Assembly (NCBI GenBank): GCA_016788885.1
Contig: JAEURX010000013.1
Location: 59,820-123,819 of the forward strand
DNA from: Nitrospira sp.
Lineage (GTDB): Bacteria; Nitrospirota; Nitrospiria; Nitrospirales; Nitrospiraceae
Length of the DNA stretch: 64,000 nucleotides
Direction of reading: 5' to 3'
Shown here: positions 30,845-39,823 of the stretch, piece by piece
How positions within the stretch are numbered: the stretch's first letter is position 1
Layout: every line of letters starts with the position of its first letter
Notes under the pieces: generated by a model
Databases searched by the model: none
The model's input: the letters and a program-made list of their open reading frames with translations, nothing else
What the model was told of the DNA's origin: nothing
Translations under genes and position numbers: made by a program

Positions 30845-31830
30845 AGACCGCCGTCTTGCGAACTATCCTCCCACCCTCTCGCCTGCCGTTGCTGGCCTTG
30901 GTGGCGGTTGCATGCTGGGGTTGTTCTTCCTCACCCCAGGATGGATCGGTTGTGAGTGGGGCAACCAAGAATAACCATGCCCCTGTCGTGAGGCTCGTGA
31001 CGATTGTCCCCACCCCTCTCATACTCGCCGGTTCCATCACGGCACATGTGATGGCGGATGACCCCGACGGGACGGAGCCCACGAAACGATTTCAGTGGAT
31101 CGTCAATGGCACTCCTGTGTTGGGTGCAACCGGCCCTGAATTGGACCCGGTCCATGCGAAGCGAGGAGATCAGGTCGCGCTCGAAGTGGTGGCCGCGGAC
31201 GGCGAGTCGGAGAGTGTTCCCTATCGCACGGCTCCGGTTCTTGTCGTGAATACGCCCCCAATCGTGTCACATGTCACAGTAGAGGCAGATGCGTCCGGCA
31301 AGGGTAGTCGGGTTGTTGCAAAGGTTGATGCCATCGATCCTGATCGAGATGAGATTCATTACAGCTACCGCTGGTGGCAAAACGACAAGCAGGTCAAAGA
31401 AGGCGAAGAAGGCGTCCTCGACACGACTGGATTCGGCAGGAAAGATGTGGTGGTGGTCGAAGTGACGGCGCGGGATCAAGAGACGGCCGCCGCGCCTGTT
31501 CGGTCAACTCCAAGTGCATTGGGCAATTCACCCCCGTTGATTGTTTCGAATCCGTCGGCGTTGACGAATCGGGAGCAGTACGAATATGTGGTCCAGGCCA
31601 CGGACGTCGATGGAGACACGGTCACCTATGGTCTGGAAACAGGGCCACCGGGAATGACCATCGACAAGTCCAGCGGGCAGGTGATCTGGAAGGTCATGCC
31701 GGGTGTGCCTGGAACTCATCGAGTCAAGGTCACGGCGGAGGACGGACAGGGCGGGATAGCCTGGCAGGAATTTGAATTGTCTATTCCCTCGACAGCCCAG
31801 TCATCGGCGCAGCCATCGCCTCAAGGCTAG
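30829..31830 (+). CDS. Lipoprotein with tandem Ig/cadherin-like repeats
   Basis: Lipobox-like ACWGC; repeated N(H/T/S)(A/P)P...A.D.DGD/RD units and GMTIDKSSGQVIW; overlaps the pilY1 stop. Confidence 0.75.
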   Translation: MDKPVKTAVLRTILPPSRLPLLALVAVACWGCSSSPQDGSVVSGATKNNHAPVVRLVTIVPTPLILAGSITAHVMADDPDGTEPTKRFQWIVNGTPVLGATGPELDPVHAKRGDQVALEVVAADGESESVPYRTAPVLVVNTPPIVSHVTVEADASGKGSRVVAKVDAIDPDRDEIHYSYRWWQNDKQVKEGEEGVLDTTGFGRKDVVVVEVTARDQETAAAPVRSTPSALGNSPPLIVSNPSALTNREQYEYVVQATDVDGDTVTYGLETGPPGMTIDKSSGQVIWKVMPGVPGTHRVKVTAEDGQGGIAWQEFELSIPSTAQSSAQPSPQG

Positions 31831-31950
31831 CCAATTCCTGGCGCCTCGACCGATCCCCCCCACGCAGATCTTTCCTCCGATCTTGTCCAGGCTTTCGCCG
31901 TTTGTTAGAATTGTACTATCGCCTCGGCGAAAGGAGTTCTCGACACCGGC

Positions 31951-33012
31951 GTGCGCAAGATCAAACTACGGGAAGGCACAAACACTGCGGTCCTCTTTGG
32001 ACACCACGACCGCCACCTCAAGCTGATTGAGGAGGAGTACGGCGTGCGATGTTCGGCTCGAGGCGAAGAAGTCACGGTCGAAGGGATGCCTGAGACCGTG
32101 AAGCAGGCCGAACGGGTTCTGAACGAACTTGCCGCGCTTACGAATGAAGGCTACGAACTCAGGTCCGATGATATCAGTCACGCCCTGACCGCCCTGCGCC
32201 ACAACCAGGACGCCTCGCTCAAAGAACTGCTCTTCAGTGCCTCTCCGATCGTCACCAGAAAGCGCTTCATCGTTCCCAAGACCCCGACACAGAAGCACTA
32301 TCTCGAAGCCATCGAAAAACACGACATTGTGATCGGTATCGGTCCTGCCGGTACGGGTAAGACATACCTCGCCATGGCCATGGCCGTGAGTGCGCTGATG
32401 AAAAAGGATGTCAGCCGCATCATCCTTGCCCGCCCCGCGGTCGAGGCCGGAGAAAAATTGGGGTATTTGCCCGGAGACATGTATGCCAAGGTGAATCCGT
32501 ATCTGCGTCCGCTGTACGATGCACTGTTCGATATGATGGACATGGAACGGGCCAATCGTCTCATTGATCGAGGAGATATTGAAATCGCTCCTCTGGCGTT
32601 TATGCGAGGACGTACGCTGAACGACTCCTTCGTGATCCTGGACGAAGCGCAGAACGCCACCGCTGAGCAAATGAAGATGTTCCTGACCCGCCTAGGCTTT
32701 CACTCCAAAGCCGTTGTGACGGGGGATATCACGCAGATCGACTTACCGTCGGATCGCGTGTCAGGTCTGATTGAAGTGCGGGAGATTCTTCAGGGCATTA
32801 CCGGGATCGAGTTTGTCTATTTCGATGAGAGAGATGTCGTTCGGCATCGTCTCGTTCAAGAAATCATCAAGGCCTACGACCGCCATTCCGTCAGTCCGAC
32901 GAATCTTTCCCCCTCGCGAAAGAGTGAACCTTCCAAAGGGCCGTCACGCCAAGACGCCAAGGCGTCTGGCTCGAATCCGTCGCCAGCCGGTTCCTGGGGC
33001 CAATCCCACTAA
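31951..33012 (+). CDS. phoH: PhoH-family ATPase
   Basis: GPAGTGKT, RPAVEAGE, AFMRGRT and DEAQN motifs. Confidence 0.95.
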   Translation: MRKIKLREGTNTAVLFGHHDRHLKLIEEEYGVRCSARGEEVTVEGMPETVKQAERVLNELAALTNEGYELRSDDISHALTALRHNQDASLKELLFSASPIVTRKRFIVPKTPTQKHYLEAIEKHDIVIGIGPAGTGKTYLAMAMAVSALMKKDVSRIILARPAVEAGEKLGYLPGDMYAKVNPYLRPLYDALFDMMDMERANRLIDRGDIEIAPLAFMRGRTLNDSFVILDEAQNATAEQMKMFLTRLGFHSKAVVTGDITQIDLPSDRVSGLIEVREILQGITGIEFVYFDERDVVRHRLVQEIIKAYDRHSVSPTNLSPSRKSEPSKGPSRQDAKASGSNPSPAGSWGQSH

Positions 33013-33482
33013 TGCCCGTCGTTGTCGGCATGCGCCTTCGGAGGCAGCGTCTCCGCCTTGAGGTGCTGACCAAGCTCGCCAGTCGTATTCTTCAGTCCAT
33101 CGATGAATCCGAGGCCGTGCTCAGCCTTGAAATTGTGGGCGACGTTCGGATGCGTCGGCTCAATCGAACGTTTCGTCATCGGGACAAGACGACCGATGTC
33201 CTCGCATTCGCGACGCGAGAAGGCCCGGGACCGCCGTCAGCACTGCTCGGAGATGTGGTGATTTCCTTGCCGCAGGCGCTCCGGCAGTCTCGTCACCATG
33301 AACGAGGGGGCGACTATGAATTGGTGGTGTTGCTGATTCACGGGATTCTCCATCTGTGCGGCTACGATCATGAGCGGAGCGAGCGGGAGGCGAGAAGAAT
33401 GCGTCGGCGCGAGCAGGCCGTGCTCCGCGCGATTGGACGAATCCCGAGGTTATTGGTGTCCGGAGATTCAGATCGGGTATGA
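33012..33482 (+). CDS. ybeY: rRNA maturation endoribonuclease YbeY
   Basis: LNRTFRHRDKTTDVLAF and HGILHLCGYDH. Confidence 0.95.
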   Translation: MPVVVGMRLRRQRLRLEVLTKLASRILQSIDESEAVLSLEIVGDVRMRRLNRTFRHRDKTTDVLAFATREGPGPPSALLGDVVISLPQALRQSRHHERGGDYELVVLLIHGILHLCGYDHERSEREARRMRRREQAVLRAIGRIPRLLVSGDSDRV

Positions 33483-33540
33483 TGCACGGCCTGACAGTCT
33501 GGGCGTGCAGTGTCCGGGCAGAGAGACCATGAGGTGAGCA

Positions 33541-34455
33541 GTGGGTTGGATTCAGAAACTCAGCGAGGGACTTTCAAAAACACGCGATGCGGTGACCGGG
33601 CACCTGGATCGACTTCTCGGGCGCGCGGCTGACCCGGCTCTTCTGGACGAGTTGGAAGTCGCGCTCATCAGCGCGGATCTAGGCATGCCGGTTGTGGAAC
33701 GTGTCATGGAACGCCTGCGCGCACAGATGCGCGGGGGAAATTTTTCCGCTGCCGAGAAGGTGCGGGAGCTGCTGCGGCAATCCGTCCTCGACATTCTGCT
33801 TCCCACACAAGCGGCGTCGATCGACCGACTCATCGCACAGGGGCCGCGCCCGTTTGTGATTCTGGCTGTGGGGGTCAACGGGGTGGGGAAGACCACCACC
33901 GTGGCCAAGCTGACCCAGCGGTTTCGCCAACAGGGTAAGACCCCTCTCCTGGTTGCCGCGGACACGTTTCGTGCGGCAGCGATCGATCAGCTCCAGGTGT
34001 GGGCGGACCGCACCAAGGTGGACGTGATTCGTCATCGTCCCGGCGCTGATCCGGCGGCCGTGGCCTACGATGGGATTACGGCTGCGAAGGCGCGAGGGGT
34101 CGACGTCGTGCTCATCGATACCGCTGGGCGGCTGCACACCAAAACGAACTTGATGGATGAGTTGCGGAAGGTCAAGCGTGTGGTCGCGCAAGAGTGCCCA
34201 GGCGCTCCCCATGAAGTCCTGCTCGTGCTGGATGCCACTGTTGGTCAGAATGCCATCGCCCAAGCGCGACAGTTTCACGATGCAGTCGGCGTGACGGGTA
34301 TTGCCCTGACCAAGCTGGATGGAACGGCTCGAGGAGGGATCGTGGTTGCGATCGCTGATACCTTCAAGATACCGGTTCGTCTGATTGGCGTCGGGGAATC
34401 GGTGGAAGATTTGCAGGACTTTGACGCCAAGGCGTTTGTCGACGCCTTGTTCTAA
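33541..34455 (+). CDS. ftsY: SRP receptor FtsY
   Basis: GVNGVGKTTT, DTFRAAA, DTAGR and TKLDGTARGG. Confidence 0.96.
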   Translation: MGWIQKLSEGLSKTRDAVTGHLDRLLGRAADPALLDELEVALISADLGMPVVERVMERLRAQMRGGNFSAAEKVRELLRQSVLDILLPTQAASIDRLIAQGPRPFVILAVGVNGVGKTTTVAKLTQRFRQQGKTPLLVAADTFRAAAIDQLQVWADRTKVDVIRHRPGADPAAVAYDGITAAKARGVDVVLIDTAGRLHTKTNLMDELRKVKRVVAQECPGAPHEVLLVLDATVGQNAIAQARQFHDAVGVTGIALTKLDGTARGGIVVAIADTFKIPVRLIGVGESVEDLQDFDAKAFVDALF

Positions 34456-34608
34456 CCATCCCTGCCGAGGCGACGGCGGCTCCCGCCATCTCAAACGCTT
34501 TCGTTCAATTTCTTCTCATCCCGCGAGGGCCATGCTAGGCTGAGTCGACCGGGTTTGCTTGGGGAGAAGTCCCTAGGACCCGGCGTGGCATAGAATCGGG
34601 AGCCGCCT

Positions 34609-35394
34609 ATGAGCACGCTATTGGTCATTGATGATGATCGGTTGCATTGCGACTTGTTGCAGATGGCGCTGGCGCGTCACGGGTATCAGGTCAGTACGGC
34701 GACCGGCGGACGCGAAGGGGTGGCTCTGTTCCGGCAACTCCGTCCGCTTGTGACCTTGCTGGACCTGCGTATGCCGGATATGGATGGGCTGGCTGTGCTC
34801 AAGGAGATACGAACCCTCGACCCCCGGGCTGGAGTGATTATGTTGGGCGGCGGCGCGACCGAGGAGTTGGAGAACCAGGCTCGAAAGTTACGCGTCACGG
34901 ATTTCTTTCGAAAGGGCTTGTCCTTGGATGTGCTTATCGGTGCCGTGCATCGGGTGGCCCAGCAGGTTCGACGGGACGCGTCAGCTGCGGAGTCCCGGGC
35001 AAGCGAGGAGCCGGATGACGCCTCTGCGGAGCAGATTCTGGTGGTGGATGACGATGTGATGGCGCGTGAGCTGCTCGTTCGCTTTCTCAGTCTACGTGGC
35101 TATCGTGTGCGTGCGGCCAAGGACGGCCGTGAAGCCTTGCAGTTGGTCGAAGCATCAGCTCCTGATCTGGTGATCCTTGATCTCGTCATGCCGGAAATGA
35201 ATGGCGTAGAGCTCCTGCGAGCGCTGGCCACGCGAGACTATGCCGGGCGGACGATCATTTTGAGCGGACATCAGAACGACCCGTTGCTGGCGGACGCCTG
35301 GGCGTTGGGCCCGCAGGAGGCGTTGGATAAGCCCATCGATTTGGAACGGGCCTTGATGGCTGTCCAGCTTGTGATGGTCTGTCGGGAGTGTTAA
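34609..35394 (+). CDS. Response regulator with two tandem receiver domains and no output domain
   Basis: LVIDDD...LLDLRMPDMDG and LVVDDD...ILDLVMPEMNG...DKP. Confidence 0.9.
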   Translation: MSTLLVIDDDRLHCDLLQMALARHGYQVSTATGGREGVALFRQLRPLVTLLDLRMPDMDGLAVLKEIRTLDPRAGVIMLGGGATEELENQARKLRVTDFFRKGLSLDVLIGAVHRVAQQVRRDASAAESRASEEPDDASAEQILVVDDDVMARELLVRFLSLRGYRVRAAKDGREALQLVEASAPDLVILDLVMPEMNGVELLRALATRDYAGRTIILSGHQNDPLLADAWALGPQEALDKPIDLERALMAVQLVMVCREC

Positions 35395-35427
35395 TCTTCA
35401 CGCTCCACCTTGTGGTGCCGGTGAAGA

Positions 35428-37617
35428 GTGAATCGGGTGTATCGTCTCCTCCGTGTCAGTGTGCTGGCTTTCTGCCTCGTGCCTGCGCTAGCAGTTGCTC
35501 AGCCTGTTTCCCGCACACCATCGATTGACCATCATCAACTGACCGTAGAATTGCGGCCGGACTCCCATCAGCTGATTGCGACAGATCGTTTGACCGTGAG
35601 CGGGGGAGCTTCCGGACAAGAGTTGGCGTTTTCCCTCGCGCCGGCGCTCGAACTCGAACGGATTGAGGATGTCACTCGCTGTCAGGACGCTTGCGAGTCG
35701 GCCCCTGAGGTCAGGTTCAGAAGAGCGCCTGCGGATGGTCAGACAGAGTTGTCGCGCGTCATCCTCTCACAACCGGCCGGCGATGCGGGGGGCAACCGGG
35801 TGCGGTTGCGATTTACTTACCGTGGCGTCGTCGATGATCCCCCTCGTGATCCCCGTCACCTGCGTTTCGTCACCCCCAGCGAGACATCCGGCCACATCGG
35901 CCCGGAGGGCGTGTACTTGAGCAGCGAAAGCCAGTGGTACCCCGACCTCGATGATTCGCTGGCGACGTATGACGTGAAGGTCAGCGTGCCGGATGGATGG
36001 GCCTCGGTCACACAGGGAACGGTCCAGTCGGATCCCACGCACTGGATCGTCTCTACCAAGAGCGAAGCCTTAACGGTGGTCGCCAACCGGTTTGTGGTGA
36101 AGACCCGTCCCTGGAAGGCACAATCCGGACAGGCCATTCTCCTGGCCACCTATCTCTTCCCGGACGAAGCGGCACTGGCCGATGAGTATCTCGATGCCTC
36201 GGCGCGCTATCTCGATGCCTATATTCCGCTGCTCGGACCCTATCCGTTTACACAGTTTGCGGTCGTCGAGAACTTCTTCTCCAGCGGTCTGGGCATGCCG
36301 TCGTTTACGCTGTTAGGCAGCGGAGTGATCAAGCGTCACTACACCCAACCCTACGCGCTGGGGCATGAAATCGTGCATTCCTGGATCGGGAATGGCGTCT
36401 TCAACCGGGTGAACCATGGCAATTGGGTGGAGGGGCTGACGACGTATCTATCCAACTACTATTACCATGAACTCGTGGGTGAGACGGTTCAGGCACGCGA
36501 GCAGCGTCGATTGATGCTGATGGGATTCGCCGTCTACGTTCGTCCGGGAGAAGAATATCCAGTCAACGCGTTCGCGCAGAAGCACGACGAAAAGGATAAT
36601 GCTATCGGCTATCAGCAGTGCGCCATGGTGTTCCACGCGCTCCGACAGGAATTGGGTGAGGAGGCTTTCTGGCGTGGTGTAAGGCAGATCCCCGAGCGAT
36701 ACCTTGGCGCTGTGGCAAACTGGGCCGACCTCGAGCAGATCTTTCAGGATGCGGCCGGACGGAATCTCAGGTGGTTTTTTGCCCAGTGGGTTGAACGGGC
36801 CGGCGCACCGGACGTGGTGGTAGCGGGTGTCCGTGTGCAGCCGTCCCCTGGCCTATCGGGCGGGCAGGGTGGAGCTGAGGTGGTCGTGCACCTTGTTCAA
36901 CGCGGTATGCCATACCGTGTGTCGACCGAACTGGAATTTGTGCTGCAAGAAGGCCGCACCCACCGCGCGCGGGTGCTACTGACCGAATCGCAGCAGGACG
37001 TCGTGGTGTCTGTGCCGGACCGGCCGCTGGCTGTGCGGATGGACCCTGAGGTCAATCTGTTTCGTCGCGTGGCCCGATCTGACATCGCCCCGATGTTGAA
37101 TCTCTATGTGACGGATGCGCAACGGACCATCGTCGTGCCGCGGGCGGCCGCCGAAACCCCGGGGCCGTTCTCTGAGATCGTGCAACGCATTGTCGCACAG
37201 GAAGCCGCAAAGCCAGGCCCGGCGCGCACGACGGTGGCGTATGCGGGGGAAGAGTCGAGTGCTGCGCGCGCCGGATCCTGGCTGGTGCTGGGCGGCCCTC
37301 AGGAGAATCCGGCCGCCGCCGCAGTGGTGAAGCAGTGCCGCGATCACCTCCAGATGACCGACAAGGGCTTTTCTGTGGATGGAACGAGTTATGAAGGGCC
37401 AGCGATGGCACTTTTGGCCTCCTGCCGGCGCGATGATCACCCGGACAGCGTGGTGACCCTGCTGTATGGGGTGACGCCAGAGGCATTGGGGCGCGTGGCC
37501 CGGCTCTTGTTTTTTTACGGGTGGCAGAGTTATGTGGTATTTCGAGAGGGGACGGTCGTCGCACGGGGAGACTGGGAGGATATGATGAGTCCAGAGGTGC
37601 CAATTGAAACACGGTAA
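35428..37617 (+). CDS. Exported M1-family zinc aminopeptidase-like protein
   Basis: Signal peptide; HEIVH...EGLTTY (HExxH-18x-E); C-terminal extension. Confidence 0.85.
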   Translation: MNRVYRLLRVSVLAFCLVPALAVAQPVSRTPSIDHHQLTVELRPDSHQLIATDRLTVSGGASGQELAFSLAPALELERIEDVTRCQDACESAPEVRFRRAPADGQTELSRVILSQPAGDAGGNRVRLRFTYRGVVDDPPRDPRHLRFVTPSETSGHIGPEGVYLSSESQWYPDLDDSLATYDVKVSVPDGWASVTQGTVQSDPTHWIVSTKSEALTVVANRFVVKTRPWKAQSGQAILLATYLFPDEAALADEYLDASARYLDAYIPLLGPYPFTQFAVVENFFSSGLGMPSFTLLGSGVIKRHYTQPYALGHEIVHSWIGNGVFNRVNHGNWVEGLTTYLSNYYYHELVGETVQAREQRRLMLMGFAVYVRPGEEYPVNAFAQKHDEKDNAIGYQQCAMVFHALRQELGEEAFWRGVRQIPERYLGAVANWADLEQIFQDAAGRNLRWFFAQWVERAGAPDVVVAGVRVQPSPGLSGGQGGAEVVVHLVQRGMPYRVSTELEFVLQEGRTHRARVLLTESQQDVVVSVPDRPLAVRMDPEVNLFRRVARSDIAPMLNLYVTDAQRTIVVPRAAAETPGPFSEIVQRIVAQEAAKPGPARTTVAYAGEESSAARAGSWLVLGGPQENPAAAAVVKQCRDHLQMTDKGFSVDGTSYEGPAMALLASCRRDDHPDSVVTLLYGVTPEALGRVARLLFFYGWQSYVVFREGTVVARGDWEDMMSPEVPIETR

Positions 37618-38737
37618 TAGGGTCATTGCGGGGATGCTGGGATTGGTGCTCTTTTCCTCCGTGACGGTGTCGGCATGGGCAGAGGATTCGAAACAGGCTG
37701 CGCCGAAGCCGATGGCTGCTGCATCGGGTGAACGCCATCTGACCAATATCCGACAACTTACGTTTGGACGGCAGAATGCCGAGGCCTATTTTTCATTCAG
37801 CGGAGACAAACTCATTTTCCAGTCCACCAACAATTGGATGCGGGATACGTTTGCCGCGGCGATGTATCCGGCCGACATCCCCTTGGGCTGTTACCAAATG
37901 TACGTGATGGATCTCGGGAGTGAAAAGATTCGGATGGTCAGCACCGGCTCAGGCACCACGACCTGCGGTTACTTTTTCCCCGGCGACCGGCGGGTGCTGT
38001 ATTCCTCCACGCATCTGCGGGGGCCAAACTGTCCTCCGAAGCCGAAGCGTGACGGTGGGGCGTACCGCTGGGCGTTGGACGACTATGATCTGTTTTCCGT
38101 CCGGATCGATGGGCAGGACCCTCAACGATTGACCAACACGCCAGGGTACGACGCGGAAGCCACGGTGTCCCCCAACGGGAAGACGATCGTCTGGACCTCC
38201 GTGCGCGACGGGGATTTGGAGATCTATGCGATGGATCTCGACGGGACTCACCCGCGGCGGCTGACTCATGAAGTGGGCTACGACGGTGGGGCGTTCTTTT
38301 CTCCCGACAGCAAGCGGATCGTCTATCGTGCCCAGCATCCCGCCAATCAGGAGGAATTGGATCAGTACAAGGGGCTGTTGGCGCAAAACTTGGTGGAGCC
38401 GGGCCGGCTCGAAATCTTTATCATGAACGCTGACGGGTCCGGTAAGCAGCAGGTGACGACCAATGGCGCCTCCAATTTCTCTCCCTACTTCCATCCCGAT
38501 GGCCATCGCGTCATCTTCTCGTCGAATGTCGACACCCGCAACGAGGGCGGGCGACCGGAGTTTCACCTGTATCTCGTCAACGAGGATGGCGTGGGGCTGG
38601 AACGAGTGAGTTTCGGTGGAAAGTTCAACAGTTTTCCCATGTTCTCGCCTGACGGCAAACGTCTCGTCTGGGTGTCCGACCGGAACGCGAAAGAGCCGGG
38701 AGAATTCAACGTGTTCCTGGCCGACTGGGTTCCATGA
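37604..38737 (+). CDS. Exported PD40/TolB-like beta-propeller protein
   Basis: Repeated (F/V)SPDG(K/H)xIV(F/W)xS units; signal peptide. Confidence 0.9.
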   Translation: MKHGNRVIAGMLGLVLFSSVTVSAWAEDSKQAAPKPMAAASGERHLTNIRQLTFGRQNAEAYFSFSGDKLIFQSTNNWMRDTFAAAMYPADIPLGCYQMYVMDLGSEKIRMVSTGSGTTTCGYFFPGDRRVLYSSTHLRGPNCPPKPKRDGGAYRWALDDYDLFSVRIDGQDPQRLTNTPGYDAEATVSPNGKTIVWTSVRDGDLEIYAMDLDGTHPRRLTHEVGYDGGAFFSPDSKRIVYRAQHPANQEELDQYKGLLAQNLVEPGRLEIFIMNADGSGKQQVTTNGASNFSPYFHPDGHRVIFSSNVDTRNEGGRPEFHLYLVNEDGVGLERVSFGGKFNSFPMFSPDGKRLVWVSDRNAKEPGEFNVFLADWVP

Positions 38738-39819
38738 GCGGATCGGGTGACGGGCAGGTTGCGTCGCCACCGGCGCAGCCTGAACCAGCACCGGATTGTC
38801 CGCCGGCTTCGGCCGTGACCCTCTCGGCGCTCGTGCTGCTTGGGTCGTTTGCCGCGCTGTTCTCTATCGACGTTCCCATCCTCAAGTTTCTCCGATCCCA
38901 CAATTTGTCGGCACTCCAGTCGTTGGGTGATCTCGGCGAAAAACTCGGCAACGGCGGGACCCTTATCACCATCAGTCTGCTCCTGTTAGGCGTCGGATAT
39001 GTTCTCAAGCGCCAGGCGTGGATGCGAGTGGCGCTGGATAGCCTGCTGGCGCATGGTGTGGTGGCGCTCGTGGTGAACAGCCTCAAGCATATCATCGGCC
39101 GTCCGAGGCCGCGCTTGACGCATTCGGATGGGTGGCACTGGTGGCCCTCGTTACAGTCGGGGTTGGATTCGTTTCCCTCGGGCCATACCTCAGCCACGGT
39201 CGCCGTGGCGACGGTATTGGCGCGGGCGCTGCCTCGCTTGCGTTGGGTACCGTTTGCCTTGGCCGCGTGGGTCGGGGCCAGCCGGATTTGGAGAGGTTCT
39301 CATTTCCCCGGCGACGTGGTGGGGGGGATGGCGTTGGGGTTTGTGGTGGGTTCGGTGTGTAACGGCCAGCTCCGTTGGTGGAAGCAGTCGTTCGCGCAGG
39401 CGGTCGTTCGCATCGCGCCGATAGTCCTGTTACTGACAGGCTTTTGTTGGGTGCTCACGCACCGCGTTGTCGATCTCATGGTGGACAGGGTGCTCATGGT
39501 GGTGGGGCTGCTGCTGATGGGGGGCGGTTGGTTGCTGCGAATGGGGTGGGGCCGGAACGCCGTATCCGCCAGCCCCGTTGTGTGGGGGGCCGTGTCGACT
39601 GCACTCCTGTGCGTGGGGCTGGGAGTGGTCACTGGTGCGCCAGTCGTGATCGGCTTGACGGCCGTGCTCGGCTTGGCGCAATGGACCGCTGCCACTGATG
39701 TGCCGGCCAGCGAGTCCGCGGCTGAGCCGTCCCGGCGAGCGAATGGTGTGTATGCGCTGGAGATGCTCGCGGCAGTGGTGGTGATTCAGCTTCTGAAGGG
39801 ACTTGTGCCGCTACAATAA
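38734..39819 (+). CDS. PAP2-family membrane phosphatase
   Basis: KHIIGRPRP, SFPSGH and SRIWRGSHFPGDV motifs; multiple TM helices. Confidence 0.9.
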   Translation: MSGSGDGQVASPPAQPEPAPDCPPASAVTLSALVLLGSFAALFSIDVPILKFLRSHNLSALQSLGDLGEKLGNGGTLITISLLLLGVGYVLKRQAWMRVALDSLLAHGVVALVVNSLKHIIGRPRPRLTHSDGWHWWPSLQSGLDSFPSGHTSATVAVATVLARALPRLRWVPFALAAWVGASRIWRGSHFPGDVVGGMALGFVVGSVCNGQLRWWKQSFAQAVVRIAPIVLLLTGFCWVLTHRVVDLMVDRVLMVVGLLLMGGGWLLRMGWGRNAVSASPVVWGAVSTALLCVGLGVVTGAPVVIGLTAVLGLAQWTAATDVPASESAAEPSRRANGVYALEMLAAVVVIQLLKGLVPLQ

Positions 39820-39823
39820 CCGA

